Source of the DNA: Octopus vulgaris | Lineage: Eukaryota | Length of the DNA: 64,000 nt | Assembly (NCBI GenBank): GCA_951406725.2 | Contig: OX597815.1 | Coordinates: 89,838,001-89,902,000, forward strand | Direction: 5' to 3' | Part shown: positions 44,868 through 56,438 of the stretch, piece by piece | Position numbering within the stretch: position 1 is the first letter of the stretch | Layout: every line of letters begins with the position of its first letter | The notes under the pieces: model-generated | The model's database searches: none | Seen by the model: the letters and a program-made list of their open reading frames with translations, nothing else | What the model was told of the DNA's origin: nothing | Made by a program: the position numbers and the translations under genes

Positions 44868-45168
44868 GACAGGCGCACGCATGCACATACACATCCACAT
44901 ATGCAAGCAAATGTAATGATATTCTCAAAATTTCGGATACTAGTGAATATATCAATACGTAGATATTGATGGGTATATTACGCGCAAGCACTTAAAAATG
45001 ACTGCATGTTGCGCTTGAGTTCGCGTACACCTCTTTGCTTCCATATAAATATGTGTGTATGCTTGTATATAGATAGAACGATATTTAGGAGAAAATAAAA
45101 AAACAGTCACCGATACGCATACATACTGACAGAAAGGCAGTCAGGCAATCTCATATATATATTTATAT

Positions 45169-45212
<44 letters not shown>

Positions 45213-45214
<2 letters not shown>

Positions 45215-46133
45215 CTTAGATAAGTTAGATATGTTTCGACCAAGGATTGGTCCAAGCCATGTCTAACTTAATAGCACCACCTAATTGGATTATTCGAATC
45301 CTGTTTAAGTCAAGTTTTGTTCAAGTAGTGAGTTCTTGTTGGGTGAGTTGTATCCAATTATGGGTGGCTTATCTGGTATTCTTTGAAGGAATCTATCCAG
45401 ACTCCGTTTAAAGTTGATGGGATCCTTTTCCTCTTTGATTTCCCTCGGGACAATGTTAAATAGGGCAGAGCCTCTTGAGGACAAGAAATTATGTTGAAGT
45501 GTACATGTATGTTGTGATCTTGAATTGGGCAGGGGACGTATGGCCCGTGGTCCCAATCTTGGATGAACCTTGAAGCTAATGTTTAGGTCGTTTGGGCAAA
45601 GTTGGCGGTATATTCTCCACATCGTACAAATGATGTACCGCTCACGGCGACGCTGGAGAAAGTAGAGTTTCAAGGCTTTAAGGCGATCCCAATAATCGAG
45701 AGCAGCCATGCCTTCAATTCGTTTAGTGCCCTCTGGGGTGACTCAATTCTGGAGATGTTTTGTCTTGTATGGGGAGACCACAGTGGACAGCAATATTCAA
45801 GGTGTGGCCGTACAAAGGAGGAGAAAAGTGGTATGATGACACCTTGTTCTCTGGACCGGAAAGTTCTTAAGATCCAGGAACTCATCCTACGAGCTATATC
45901 GACCTTCTTGTTGATGTGTGCACTCCAACTGAGATCGTCATCAACAATTACACCCAGGTCTCTGATATTGTTAGAGGCTGTGAGCGGTTCCTCTGAAGGA
46001 AGAGAGTATGGTTGTTTTAGTGAGGAATTTCTTCCAAAATGCATCAGCTCAAATTTTCCCTCATTCAGTTGCATTTTGTTTCTGTCTGCCCATTGACTCA
46101 CAGCATATAGATCAGACTGGAGTTGATTTCGGT
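45213..46133 (-). mobile_element. CR1-clade LINE, 5'-truncated, relatively young
   Basis: LQSDLYAVSQWADRNKMQLN..RDLGVIVDDDLSWSAHI..VRPHLEYCCPLWSP; DYWDRLKALKLYFLQRRRER..LFNIVP..LDRFLQRIPDKP; one frameshift; intact 3' UTR hairpin. Confidence 0.9.
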
Positions 46134-46157
46134 CTGTATGTATGTATGTATGTATGT

Positions 46158-46670
46158 ATATACAGGACGTCACCAACTGTGTAAACAACATGGAATACGT
46201 AGACAAACGTGTTAAATACGTACACAACGAGAGCAAAAAGTGGAAAATGACCCTTTATCAGAGAAATGACCCATCATCAGTTGTCGGCTGTCTCTCTACC
46301 CCTCATTTCAGGCATTCAACGACAATATGAGTCTTAAAAGACCGTTGCTCCCATAAATTCTAAAATTAAATGTAGGGTTTATGGGGGGTTAAAGTTGGGA
46401 ACAAAATCAGGACATTAGTTACATACAAGGAAACCGAACGAAAGCAAACATGGAGGGTTGTTAGACCAGAACTTGAGGAAAATAGTGAACATGAGAGAAA
46501 TATTTTCTTTGAAAAGAGAAACGATAGAAGAGAGAGAGAGAGAAGAATACATCCAGTCCTTCTCTGTGCTTACTTGTCCTGTTTCCTATTTATTCTCTTG
46601 CTGTTTACGTATTTAACTTGTTTGTATTTCATGTTGTTTACACTGTTGGTGACGTCCTGTACCCACATAT
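46158..46670. mobile_element. Foldback structure of two inverted Penelope pLTR-like copies
   Basis: TACAGGACGTCACCAACTGTGTAAACAACATG (46161) vs CATGTTGTTTACACTGTTGGTGACGTCCTGTA (ends 46661); minus CTGATGA at ~46275. Confidence 0.7.
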
Positions 46671-46761
46671 TGTCTAAGCCCTATAAACTCGGAAGTTTGG
46701 GCCTTTAACCAGACCTCTCGCGACACCCGTTAAATCACGAGCATTTTAGCACCTCTTGTAT

Positions 46762-46950
46762 AAGGTGGTGAGCAGGCTAAATCGTTAGTACGCCACGAAA
46801 TGTTTAGTATGGTTTCCCTGGACTTCATATTCCCCCCGCGGTCGACTTTGCTTTTCATCCTTTCGGAGGAAATAAAATAAGTACGAGTTGCTGACTATAA
46901 TCGATTTACCTGCTCCCTTCTCAAATACCTGGACTTTTACCAATACTGAT
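46762..46950 (+). mobile_element. SINE family B, degenerate
   Basis: GGTGGTGAGCAGGC..ATCGTTAG..GGTCGACTTTGCTTTTCATCCTTTCGG. Confidence 0.7.
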
Positions 46951-46959
46951 AGAGAATTT

Positions 46960-47350
46960 GTTTTTCATTCTCTCCAGTTGGATAAGGTAAGAGTCATTTA
47001 AATATAGACAGTTGATTGAATTGACTATACTCATCTTCAAAATAGATGATTTTAACTCAAATAATAAATATCAAATTGTTTGGAGTATGCAGGTGACTAG
47101 CTAAGAGAAATAGAAGGTTTTGATTTGGATCTAGAAAAGACAGGGAAAATATCAACAACAATAATAAGCAGTGGTTTAGCTTGACAGATAGTCTTTCAAT
47201 TAGCTACATAGATTGTTCATGCAATCACGAATGCGTTTGCTGAGTTTTAGTTTATAAGATCTTACCTCAGTGTAGTTCACATTTAAATTTGTATAACGTT
47301 AGCAACTGATACAGGAATCTTAAATTTGTATCAGCAGCAGTTTTCGCCAT
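46960..47350 (-). pseudogene. LRR fragment
   Basis: Minus TNLRFLY..LIERLSVKLNH..FSLSFLDPNQNLL. Confidence 0.35.
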
Positions 47351-47439
47351 ATTATATACATGCACATACCTACATACATACAACATATATATATGTATAT
47401 ATATATATATATATATGTATATGTATACACACACACATA

Positions 47440-47495
<56 letters not shown>

Positions 47496-47543
47496 TAGTT
47501 AGCTACTACACACATTTCTTTCTCTCCTTGATTTTCTGTGTAC

Positions 47544-47579
47544 CTTTCTGTAGAAGAGCGTAGGCTCGAAACGTAAAAG
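47544..47579 (+). ncRNA. Minimal type I hammerhead ribozyme-like motif (variant core)
   Basis: CTTT-CTGTAGA-A-GAGC-GTAG-GCTC-GAAA-CG-TA-AAAG: stem I CTTT/AAAG, stem II GAGC/GCTC, palindromic ACGT stem III. Confidence 0.6.
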
Positions 47580-47699
47580 ACTTTTTCTATTTCTGAGCGC
47601 TATACTAATACATCTGTTTGTTTGTACACCACCTGCCTTCGACTTTTGTTTATTTTCGTAAACTTTTCCTTTGTAAATATATATATATATAAGTATATA

Positions 47700-48090
47700 T
47701 GGGTAGAGGATGTCACAAACCGTAAACAACATGAAATACGAAAACAAAATAATAAAAATAATATTAATAATAATATAAATAACATCATGAAATACGAAAA
47801 TAAAACAGTTGAATACATAAACAACGAGAGAAACAATTGGAAAACAGGACAAGTAACATAAAGAAAGACCCTTCATCAGTTGCTTACACGTGACCATCGC
47901 CCATCTTTCTTTTCCTCACGTGATGATCTTTCTTTTCCTTCACAGATATCGTAGGAACTGCACGTATCCTATCTGTCTCTTTCTTCTATCTTTCCTCTTG
48001 TTTGAGAGAATGTTTCTCCAGCGTTCGCTATTTTACCTTCGCTTGATCTAACGACCCTCCATGTTTGTTTTCGCTCGTTTTCCTTGTATG
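47700..48090. mobile_element. Penelope pLTR-like repeat with inverted second half
   Basis: 47700-47882 parallels 46160-46282; 47970-48090 is the reverse complement of 46420-46540. Confidence 0.6.
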
Positions 48091-48132
48091 TGTGTGTGTA
48101 TGTGTGTACATATACATACATATATATACATA

Positions 48133-48348
48133 CATATTATATTATATTATATTATATTATATTATATTATATTATATTATATTGTATTATATTATATTAT
48201 ATTATATTATATTATATTATATTATATTATATTATATTATATTATATTATATTATATTATATTATATTATATTATATTATATTATATTATATTATATTGT
48301 ATTGTATTGTATTATATTATATTATATTATATTATATTATATTATATA
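48133..48348 (+). repeat. (ATATT)n pentanucleotide microsatellite
   Basis: About 40 units directly visible. Confidence 0.95.
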
Positions 48349-48359
48349 TATACTTTCAT

Positions 48360-49394
48360 TCTTTTCTTCTTTTGCTAGTTTCAGTCACTTGACAGCAGGC
48401 ATGCTGGAGTACCAACGTAAGGGGTTTTAGTCGAACAAATCGCCCCCAGGACCTATTCCTCTTAAGCCTAATACTTATTATATTGATCTCTTTTGCCAAA
48501 CCGCTACGTTACGGTTACATAAACACACCGAATCAGTTGTCAATTGATGATGGGTGGGACAAACACAGACACAAACAAGCAAATATATACATATGTATAT
48601 GAGGGTACTCAAAGGTAACTGCAAATTTCGCAATGTTATTTTATTTAGTTAGTTTTACATGTTTACACTTTTATCGCCTTCAATGTATTCTCCATTCGAA
48701 GCAATGCCTGGGTCCAAATGAGTTTTCCACTGTTCGAAGCAATCCCAAAATTCGTACGAAGTGATGGCTTTTAACGCCTCCGTCCTTTTTTCTCGATCAC
48801 TTCCACATTTGCAAATTCCGTAGCATCAGCATTCGTCACTAGTGATGAACTTTGAAAAAGGGTTCACGTCATTTCTAACAGTTTTTTCAGTTCACGACAC
48901 GCATGCAATCGCGACTGCTTTTGATCTTCCGTAAGCAAGCGAGGCACAAATTTTGTTGCAACACTTTTCATTCGTGCTTCCTCGCTCAAAATTCGTTAGC
49001 AGGTGCTCCAGACACACCAATCTCATTAACAAGTTTGGCAATTGTTCGGCGACGTTCCTTCAAGACCAGGTCATGAATTTTCGCAATGCTTTCATTCTTT
49101 CGGATGGTCGACGGTCGCCCTAAACAAGATTGGTCTTCAAGTGACAAGTGACCATTCCTAAAGCGTGAAAACCTCTCGTAAACTCGTGTTTTGCTCATGG
49201 CAGCAGTTTCCCCCAGTTTTAGGAAGCACTGCAAAGCAAAAACGCACCACGTGGCAATACTACTACATACGATGAAACCGGTAGGCAGACTGATGAATGA
49301 GGGATCACATAAAGTGGCTTCTAGCGACGAAATCCTGATCTACAACTGGCTTGTCCCACAGAGACCGTTTCTATTTACGTTTTGGTACTTCTTC

Positions 49395-49452
<58 letters not shown>

Positions 49453-49631
49453 ATATATATATATGTATGTATGTGTGTGTGTGTGTATACAATGGGCTTC
49501 TTTCAGTTTCTTAATTGTTTATTGCTCACAAGGGGCTAAACATAGTATAGGACAGTTAATCAAGGTGCCAGCTTATAGGACTGAACCCGAAACCATGTGA
49601 TTGTGAAGCAAACTTTTTAGCACACAGCCAA
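48360..49631 (-). mobile_element. SINE family A split by a mariner insertion
   Basis: Tail half 48360-48597 and head half ~49488-49631, collinear with 22109-22516. Confidence 0.8.
48598..49398 (-). mobile_element. Mariner element, internally deleted, TA-flanked
   Basis: MSKTRVYERFSRFRNGHLSLEDQSCLGRPST..RRRTI and FITSDE; ends TATGAGGGTACTCAAA / reverse complement TACGAAGAAGTACCAAAA. Confidence 0.82.
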
Positions 49632-49989
49632 ACATACATACATACATACCTACATACATACATACATACATACATACATACATACATGCACTTCATTTAG
49701 AATATGGAACATTCCTGAAGATATACGGAGAAGAAGGAAGTCTATTCATTTTACCTCTCTATATTAGAAATACTTATATTCAATGACCAGTTTTATAATG
49801 TTCAAACCATAACTGTTTCCCAATAAAAACTACAAACACACACAGACAGAGTCCAATATTTCAACGTTATTTCATTTATAATCACAATATTCATATTTAT
49901 GCTTTACACTTTATATCAATGACGTAAAGAAAAATATATAATGCGACATTGAAATATAAAGTACTAAAATAAATTGACTTTTAAAACAT

Positions 49990-50590
49990 ATTTATTCCTT
50001 CCTCCTTTTTACTCCTTTGTACGGCTATACATAGAATAATGCCACCCTTCTATGGTCTCCCTATAAAAGCCAAAACATTTCAAGAATCGGGTCACTCCAG
50101 ATGGCATTTACTAAAAGAATAAAGGGTATGACTGACCTCGATTACTGGGACCGCCTTAAAGAATTGAAACAGTTTTCTCTCTAGCGCTGCTGCGATCGAT
50201 AAATCATTTGCACAATGTGGAGAATATGCCACCAGCATTTCCCAAACGACTTTAGCGTTAATTTCAGAATTCATCTAATGATTGAACCACATGCTATATG
50301 ATCCCTACCAAATTCAGGATAACAACACCTTATTTAACATTGTCAAATCAAAGGGGAAAAAGTTTCCATCACCTTTAAGCGGATTCTGAACAAATTTCTA
50401 CAAAGGATATCAGATAAGCCATTTATACCTGGATACAAATCACTCAACAAGAACTCCCAAATTGAATTGTCTATGATACCAAAAAACTTGACTTTAAAAG
50501 GATTTAGCGAATCCTATCAGGTGGCGCTATTAAGTTAGACATGGCCTAGGCCAATCTTTGTTCGAAACAACTAAGTTACCTAAGCTGTAA
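49990..50590 (+). mobile_element. CR1-clade LINE 3' fragment, older copy of the 45213 family
   Basis: LWSPYKSQNISRI, DYWDRLKELK, QRISDKPFIPGYKSLNKNS; tail GGTGGCGCTATTAAGTTAGACATGGCC. Confidence 0.82.
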
Positions 50591-50632
50591 GTAGATCTCA
50601 TTGAACTCCGTAAAATTAGTCCCCAAGACATT

Positions 50633-51283
50633 CTTTTCTACTCTAGGTACAAGGCCCGAAAATTTAGGGGAGAGGGCCAGTCGATCAGATCGACCCCAGT
50701 ATGCAACTGGCACTTAGTTTATCGACCTCCAAAAAGATGAAAGACAAAGTCGACCTCGGTAGAAATTTGAACTCAGAATATAAGGACAGACGAAATACCA
50801 CTAAGCATTTCGCCCGGCGTGCTAACGTTTCTTATTTCTTTACTGCCCACAAGGGGCTACACACAGAGGGGACAGACAAACGGATTAAGTCGATTCTATC
50901 GACCCTAGTGTGTAACTGGTACTTATTTAATCGACCCTGAAAGGATGAAAGGCAAAGTCGACCTCGGCGGAATTTGAACTCAGAACGTAACGGCAGACAA
51001 AAAACTGCTAAGCATTTCGCCCGGCGTGCTAACGTTCCTGCCAGCTCACCACCCGTTTCTTTATTACCCACAAGGGGCTAAACATAGAGGGGACAAACAA
51101 GGACAGACAAACGGATTAAGTCGATTATATCGACCCCAGTGCGTAACTGGTACTTAATTTATCGACCCCGAAAGGATGAAAGGTAAAGTCGACCTCGGCG
51201 GAATTTGAACTCAAAACGTAGCGGCAGCCGAAATACCGCTAAGCATTCCGACCGGCGTGCTAACGATTCTGCCAGCTCACCAA
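50633..51283 (-). mobile_element. Three head-to-tail SINE family B copies
   Basis: Repeated CGACCCCAGT..GAAAGGATGAAAGG..GTCGACCTCGG..AATTTGAACTC..CGGCGTGCTAACG units at ~50633-50830, 50831-51054 and 51055-51283; tRNA-like head with GTTCAAATTC B-box. Confidence 0.88.
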
Positions 51284-51299
51284 CTTAGCCTCAAAGATA

Positions 51300-51780
51300 T
51301 TCATGAATCGATTCACAACACTATTAATTTTTCTTGACATAAGCACTAATTTTCTGAGTTCGATTCCTCTCATCTCATGTATCTAACACAAGTAATTAAT
51401 ATTGTACGAATAAAAAGCACTTTTTATCGCTTCATAAAACAATAATTGACGGTATTTGATTCCACTTGGAAAGTTCAAATGTAGTATGCATATGAGATGT
51501 TTTTATCATTAAATTTTCAAATATATTTTGTTGAATATTTGCTTAGCACATTTCCTAACACATGCTTATCGCTTTAAAGTTAAATTTATCACCACTATGC
51601 GTCTAATCGTCAACAACAAAGACATCAAATCTAGTCAAGAAAACTCGATAATAAATTCTCTGTAAATATGTGTTGCTCTTATAATAGAAATTAATTATTT
51701 ATCTCTTGACAAGTTATATCTTGTCTCAAAACTTCCTTTCAAGTTTATAGCTATTTTACTTGTATGTTGTTCATTAAACA
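51300..51780 (-). pseudogene. LRR fragment
   Basis: Minus ANIQQNIFENLMIK..TFELSKWNQIPSI. Confidence 0.4.
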
Positions 51781-51849
51781 CCTACTTCAATTCTGTTATT
51801 CCAACACGCTGCTCACCGCCTGTCTTTTTCACATAATTGTTTATTTCTT

Positions 51850-52350
51850 TTATCCAGCTGTCTCTTTCTATCTCTCTTTTCTCACGCTCTCACGCGTGTA
51901 TACTTTTATTTTTCATGGCATCTTACTCTAGTATTTCCTTTCTCTTTCTATTTTCAAGTTTATGTTTTCTATCAGATATTGCACGCATTTCCTCTGTCCT
52001 TTCTTCCTCACTCGCTACTTTTCTTCTTTTATCTATTTCGCTCTACCAATTTCACTCTGTCTCCCACTCTCTACTTTCACTTTCTTTTTCTCTCTGTTTC
52101 AGTTTATTCTCCGTTTTCTTCATTCCTCTTACCCTGCATTCATTAAAATCTTGATTCTGTTTCTCTCACTTCACTTCTAATATTATCTCCCCTTCTCTCC
52201 CAGCCCATTTCCTTACTATTATGCTTCATTCGTCCTACTTCCCTTCTCTCTCTAATCTTTCTTTCATTTCCTAACTTCCTATTTACATCTATCACAAATC
52301 TCATCACACTTTCCTGCGATATTCCCATATTATCAATTCCCATATACCAA
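51850..52350 (-). mobile_element. Possible LINE ORF1 remnant (purine-rich on minus strand)
   Basis: MGISQESVMRFVIDVNRKLG.. followed by K/E/R-rich frames; weak resemblance to CR1/L2 ORF1. Confidence 0.25.
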
Positions 52351-52826
52351 CAAAGTTATATCTTTGCAAACAATCAACACATATATAATCATATCTCATA
52401 GACTAATGATATTTTATCTTTACCATTTCCAACAATTCCAGTTATCTTTTACTTCTTTTACTATTACCAGATTTTACTTTTGCCTTTTCTTATTCTTCTA
52501 CTCGATGTTCTATCTTTCTCCTCCTATTCGATTCCTCCTCCCCAAACACATATCTTTTTAGTATTTCTCTACATCTAAAATATTTTGGTTTTCCTCAAAT
52601 TTAGTTTTCAGCTAAAAAGATTCTTTCATTATTCTGCATAATTGTATATTTGAAAACAGTTTTCTTACGTTTATTTTTCATATTAAAACTATAAATTTAC
52701 TTTTATATTCTGTCTCTAGTTTATTTGTTTTTAGTTATATGTCATTTACATTTGCTTCTTCTTTTTTCATTACATTAAGAAACACATATTTCAGGATCGC
52801 AATTATCAGACAATTTTGATGTGTCC

Positions 52827-52897
<71 letters not shown>

Positions 52898-52934
52898 TCT
52901 AGCTACCTACCTACCTACCTACCTACCTACCTAC

Positions 52935-52995
<61 letters not shown>

Positions 52996-53069
52996 GATCT
53001 ATCTATCTATCTATCTAACTAACTAAACTAGCCAAACTACATACAATCTGACTAACTATATTAATATCT

Positions 53070-53645
53070 AGCACAAAGAAAGTTCGCACGGGTAGGAGCT
53101 CCACTTCTAGATTGACAAGATTAATGCAATTTTCATTCATTATGAATAAGTTATCAGATAAATTCGTTCGTTTGTTTCCATTCATACTTGAATTAACATG
53201 GAAAATTTTGATTATTTTTTCTGTTTTTACGTAGCTCCCTCTACAACTTTTGCTTATCGTTTTTGAAACTTGAATACATCTTAAATGTTTGAAGACATGC
53301 TAATAGACGGCCAAGTAGAGAAAAATGAGCATTTTTAACACCTGCATTTCTCCGCTGTCAGTCAAATTTCCAAAGCTGACAAACCCAATCGAAACATTTG
53401 TGGTGTGTAAGGAGATGGAAGATTGCACAAAAATTGTTTTCATACCTCAGGGAGAGGAAATTTAATCTCGTTGTTACTCCGCGTTCAGGCTGACAGTTCA
53501 AAGAGAGTCGAATAAACGCACTCATCCACAAAGAGCCGAGCTGATCGACTTGGAAATTGCCTCAGGCGATGGAGTGATATTATGATGCAATCACCTGTCA
53601 TTTTCATTCAGTGGGTAACGTCAAAAAACTTTATGCATGATCTTT
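53070..53645 (+). mobile_element. Mariner 5' remnant
   Basis: DGQVEKNEHF*HLHF..RNICGV*G..PRSG..LIHKEP..HFHSVGNVKK, similar to a mariner HTH N-terminus. Confidence 0.7.
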
Positions 53646-53659
53646 AGTCAATGAATACT

Positions 53660-54515
53660 TGCATTAGATGGAAAAATGCGAGCAAGAGAAATAATATTCT
53701 TAAGATTAGAAACATGGAAAAGTACAGGACAAGTTATAACACTTAGAAACGTTCAGGACAATACATCCGATAAAGTACAGAACAAAATTTTTACTTAAAA
53801 TATTGCAGCTAAGGATAAAGATTCAAATAAAATATTTAGATTTAGAAAATATAAGCTTTTATTAAAACTAAAATATTTATAACAAGTTGTTACTTGTTAC
53901 TTCTATCAAAAATAAAAATAGCTCAAAATACTTTTTGCACTTTAAAACAAATTCATTTTTTAAATTATTAACTAGTAATTAGAAATTTGAAAATAGATTA
54001 GATTTTAGTATATAATTAGTACAATAAATAGAATAATACAAAAATCAGTTATATATTATAGTAAAATCTACGTATAACAACAAATTCGCAGTAATATTTG
54101 CTTGAGGTATGGCCTAAGTTATTGCCAAGTCTTCACATTTTTAGTCTTGGCCCAATACTTATTTTTTACATAATGAATTTGTCTACCATATATATTATTC
54201 TACTTTGCATAAAACTGTAGCTGTATTGGTACTTCTGGTACTCAATTTTTAAGTATTCTAGTGTGTCAATATTTTAACAATATTTTGGTAACTTTTTTAA
54301 AATCAGAATGTTACTTTGTAAATTAAAATACAATAATTTTTGATATTCAAATTTCATGCTCAGCGATATTTTAAGTAAAACTTTGCTTGTTCTGTATTTT
54401 ACCAGCTGTAATAACTTGTCCGGAACGTTTCCAGGGTTATAACTTGTCCTGTACTTTTCCAAATTTATATTCTTAAGAATATTATTTCTCTTGCTTGCAT
54501 ATTTCCATGTAATCC
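53660..54515. mobile_element. MITE/foldback-like element with ~150 bp imperfect TIRs
   Basis: AGCAAGAGAAATAATATTCTTAAGA..GGAAAAGTACAGGACAAGTTATAAC..GAAACGTTC (53680-53755) is mirrored at 54420-54497; AT-rich non-coding interior. Confidence 0.75.
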
Positions 54516-54699
54516 ATGTTTTTCTAGGATGTACTATTATGCTAATTAAAATGTGTGAATTAATAATTTAAGATTTATTGAAAACTGAATAATAAATGTA
54601 ATAAATTTCTAAATAATATTTTTTTTTTCCTTTTTGTGATTGAATTGTTATTATTGAATTAAAATAAAAAGTTTAAATCTAAAAGAATAAAAATTAGAT

Positions 54700-56378
54700 T
54701 AGTTAAACTAATTGCAAACTAGCGATGTCGTTGATAATCTTTTCCTTATCTCAATGATACCGGTGACTTATATTAAAAGTCCTTATATAGAACTATATTG
54801 CAATATATTATCACCCTCAAATTTGAGAAACGAATACTCAACTTTTAGTTTTTAAAACTTCATTGCATGAGATTAATACCATGAAATTCCTCGAAGTGAG
54901 CTCTATCATTTAAGCTTAATTAAAATATAACTTATTTTTAAAATAAAAAAAAAATTAATTATACTTAAATCCAATTTTTTACCTTGTATATTTTTCATGA
55001 TATTTTACCTCACAACTTATTTATACAATTTTTTGTAGGATGGGGGAAAAATAATTACTCATGCTTTCTTCTATCATTGAAGCTAAGATAAATATATTTT
55101 GCTTTTAAAATAAAAAAGTTATTTAGATCTAAACTTAATAGAAGGCGTTACTCTCCTATAACGTTGCTACAAATTTTGATGTAAACTTTTTTTCTACTGG
55201 ACCAAATATCAATTCCTTAGGCCAAAATGTATCTAAGCACCATTCCTTTTCAAAACTGGTAACAGTTTTCAATTCGGTTAAGAACTGAATTAGCGACAAA
55301 GCTCTGAAGATGCTGCTTGTGAGTAAATTACTACCGCGGCTGAATAATAATGTTAGAGCTTATTTCGATGGAGCTAATGAGCGATAGTGTGAAGTGTGGT
55401 ATATGTATGTATGAATGTATGTAGGTATGTGAATGTATGTATATGTATATGCATTTATTTATTTATTTAAGTATATCTATACATACACACATATATACGT
55501 ACATACACAGATGGATCCTTATATAGACATATATATATGTTTATTATATCAACATTCCACATCTTCTTTGCGTTTCACCTCGAACTGTGCTGCTCAGTTC
55601 AACTATTGGCGAAACCCTGAGATGACTCTCTACCACATCTATACGTTCCTCTCAGGAGATTGAATTATATATCAGATACTGTTCAAACTACTTAAAAGAT
55701 ATGTATTTAATATGTTTTACTAGTATCGCATTATATGTGCGTGTCCATACGTGAGTCATACTTGTGTGCGAGTGTGTGTGTATGCGCGTGCGTCAGTGTG
55801 TGTCTGTGAGTGAATGTGGTGTATATAACGTCTCTGAAGACTCTGCAGTGTTGTAGTACAGCGATTCTGATGCGTTGAGAAGAATTATATCCAAATTACC
55901 GTTCCAAGAGTTAACGCTACGTGATTTAAGATTAACAATGTGGATTTAATAGATTAAATTCAGTGCTCGGAAGATTAGTTTGGATTATGATTATTTGAAC
56001 ACTTGAAGTCCTGAACACATATACACTCAATATTACATGGAGAAAATCAATGTAGATTCTTGTCCTCACATATCTCTACTATATGCATTATTTGTATATT
56101 ACACCTGAGAATTCTCTATCAACTGTTTATTGTAAAAAAATCTACTCCCCTACAAAACAACGACACACCTGCTAAATCATAAATCTTAAGCATATGTTGT
56201 ATAATCTGAAAAGGAATTGATAATTAGATACATATATAAGTGTAGAGAAATAGTTGGACATACACATACACGCATACTCACGAGCACTCTCTTTCTCTCT
56301 CAGACACACAAACACACAAACATACACACACATATATATATATGTATATATGTATGTATATATGTATGTATATATGTA

Positions 56379-56438
<60 letters not shown>

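Noticed and set aside
50633-51283. CRISPR-like or other prokaryotic repeat array
   Set aside because: Units are ~200-225 bp SINE copies without unique spacers; context is eukaryotic with no cas genes.
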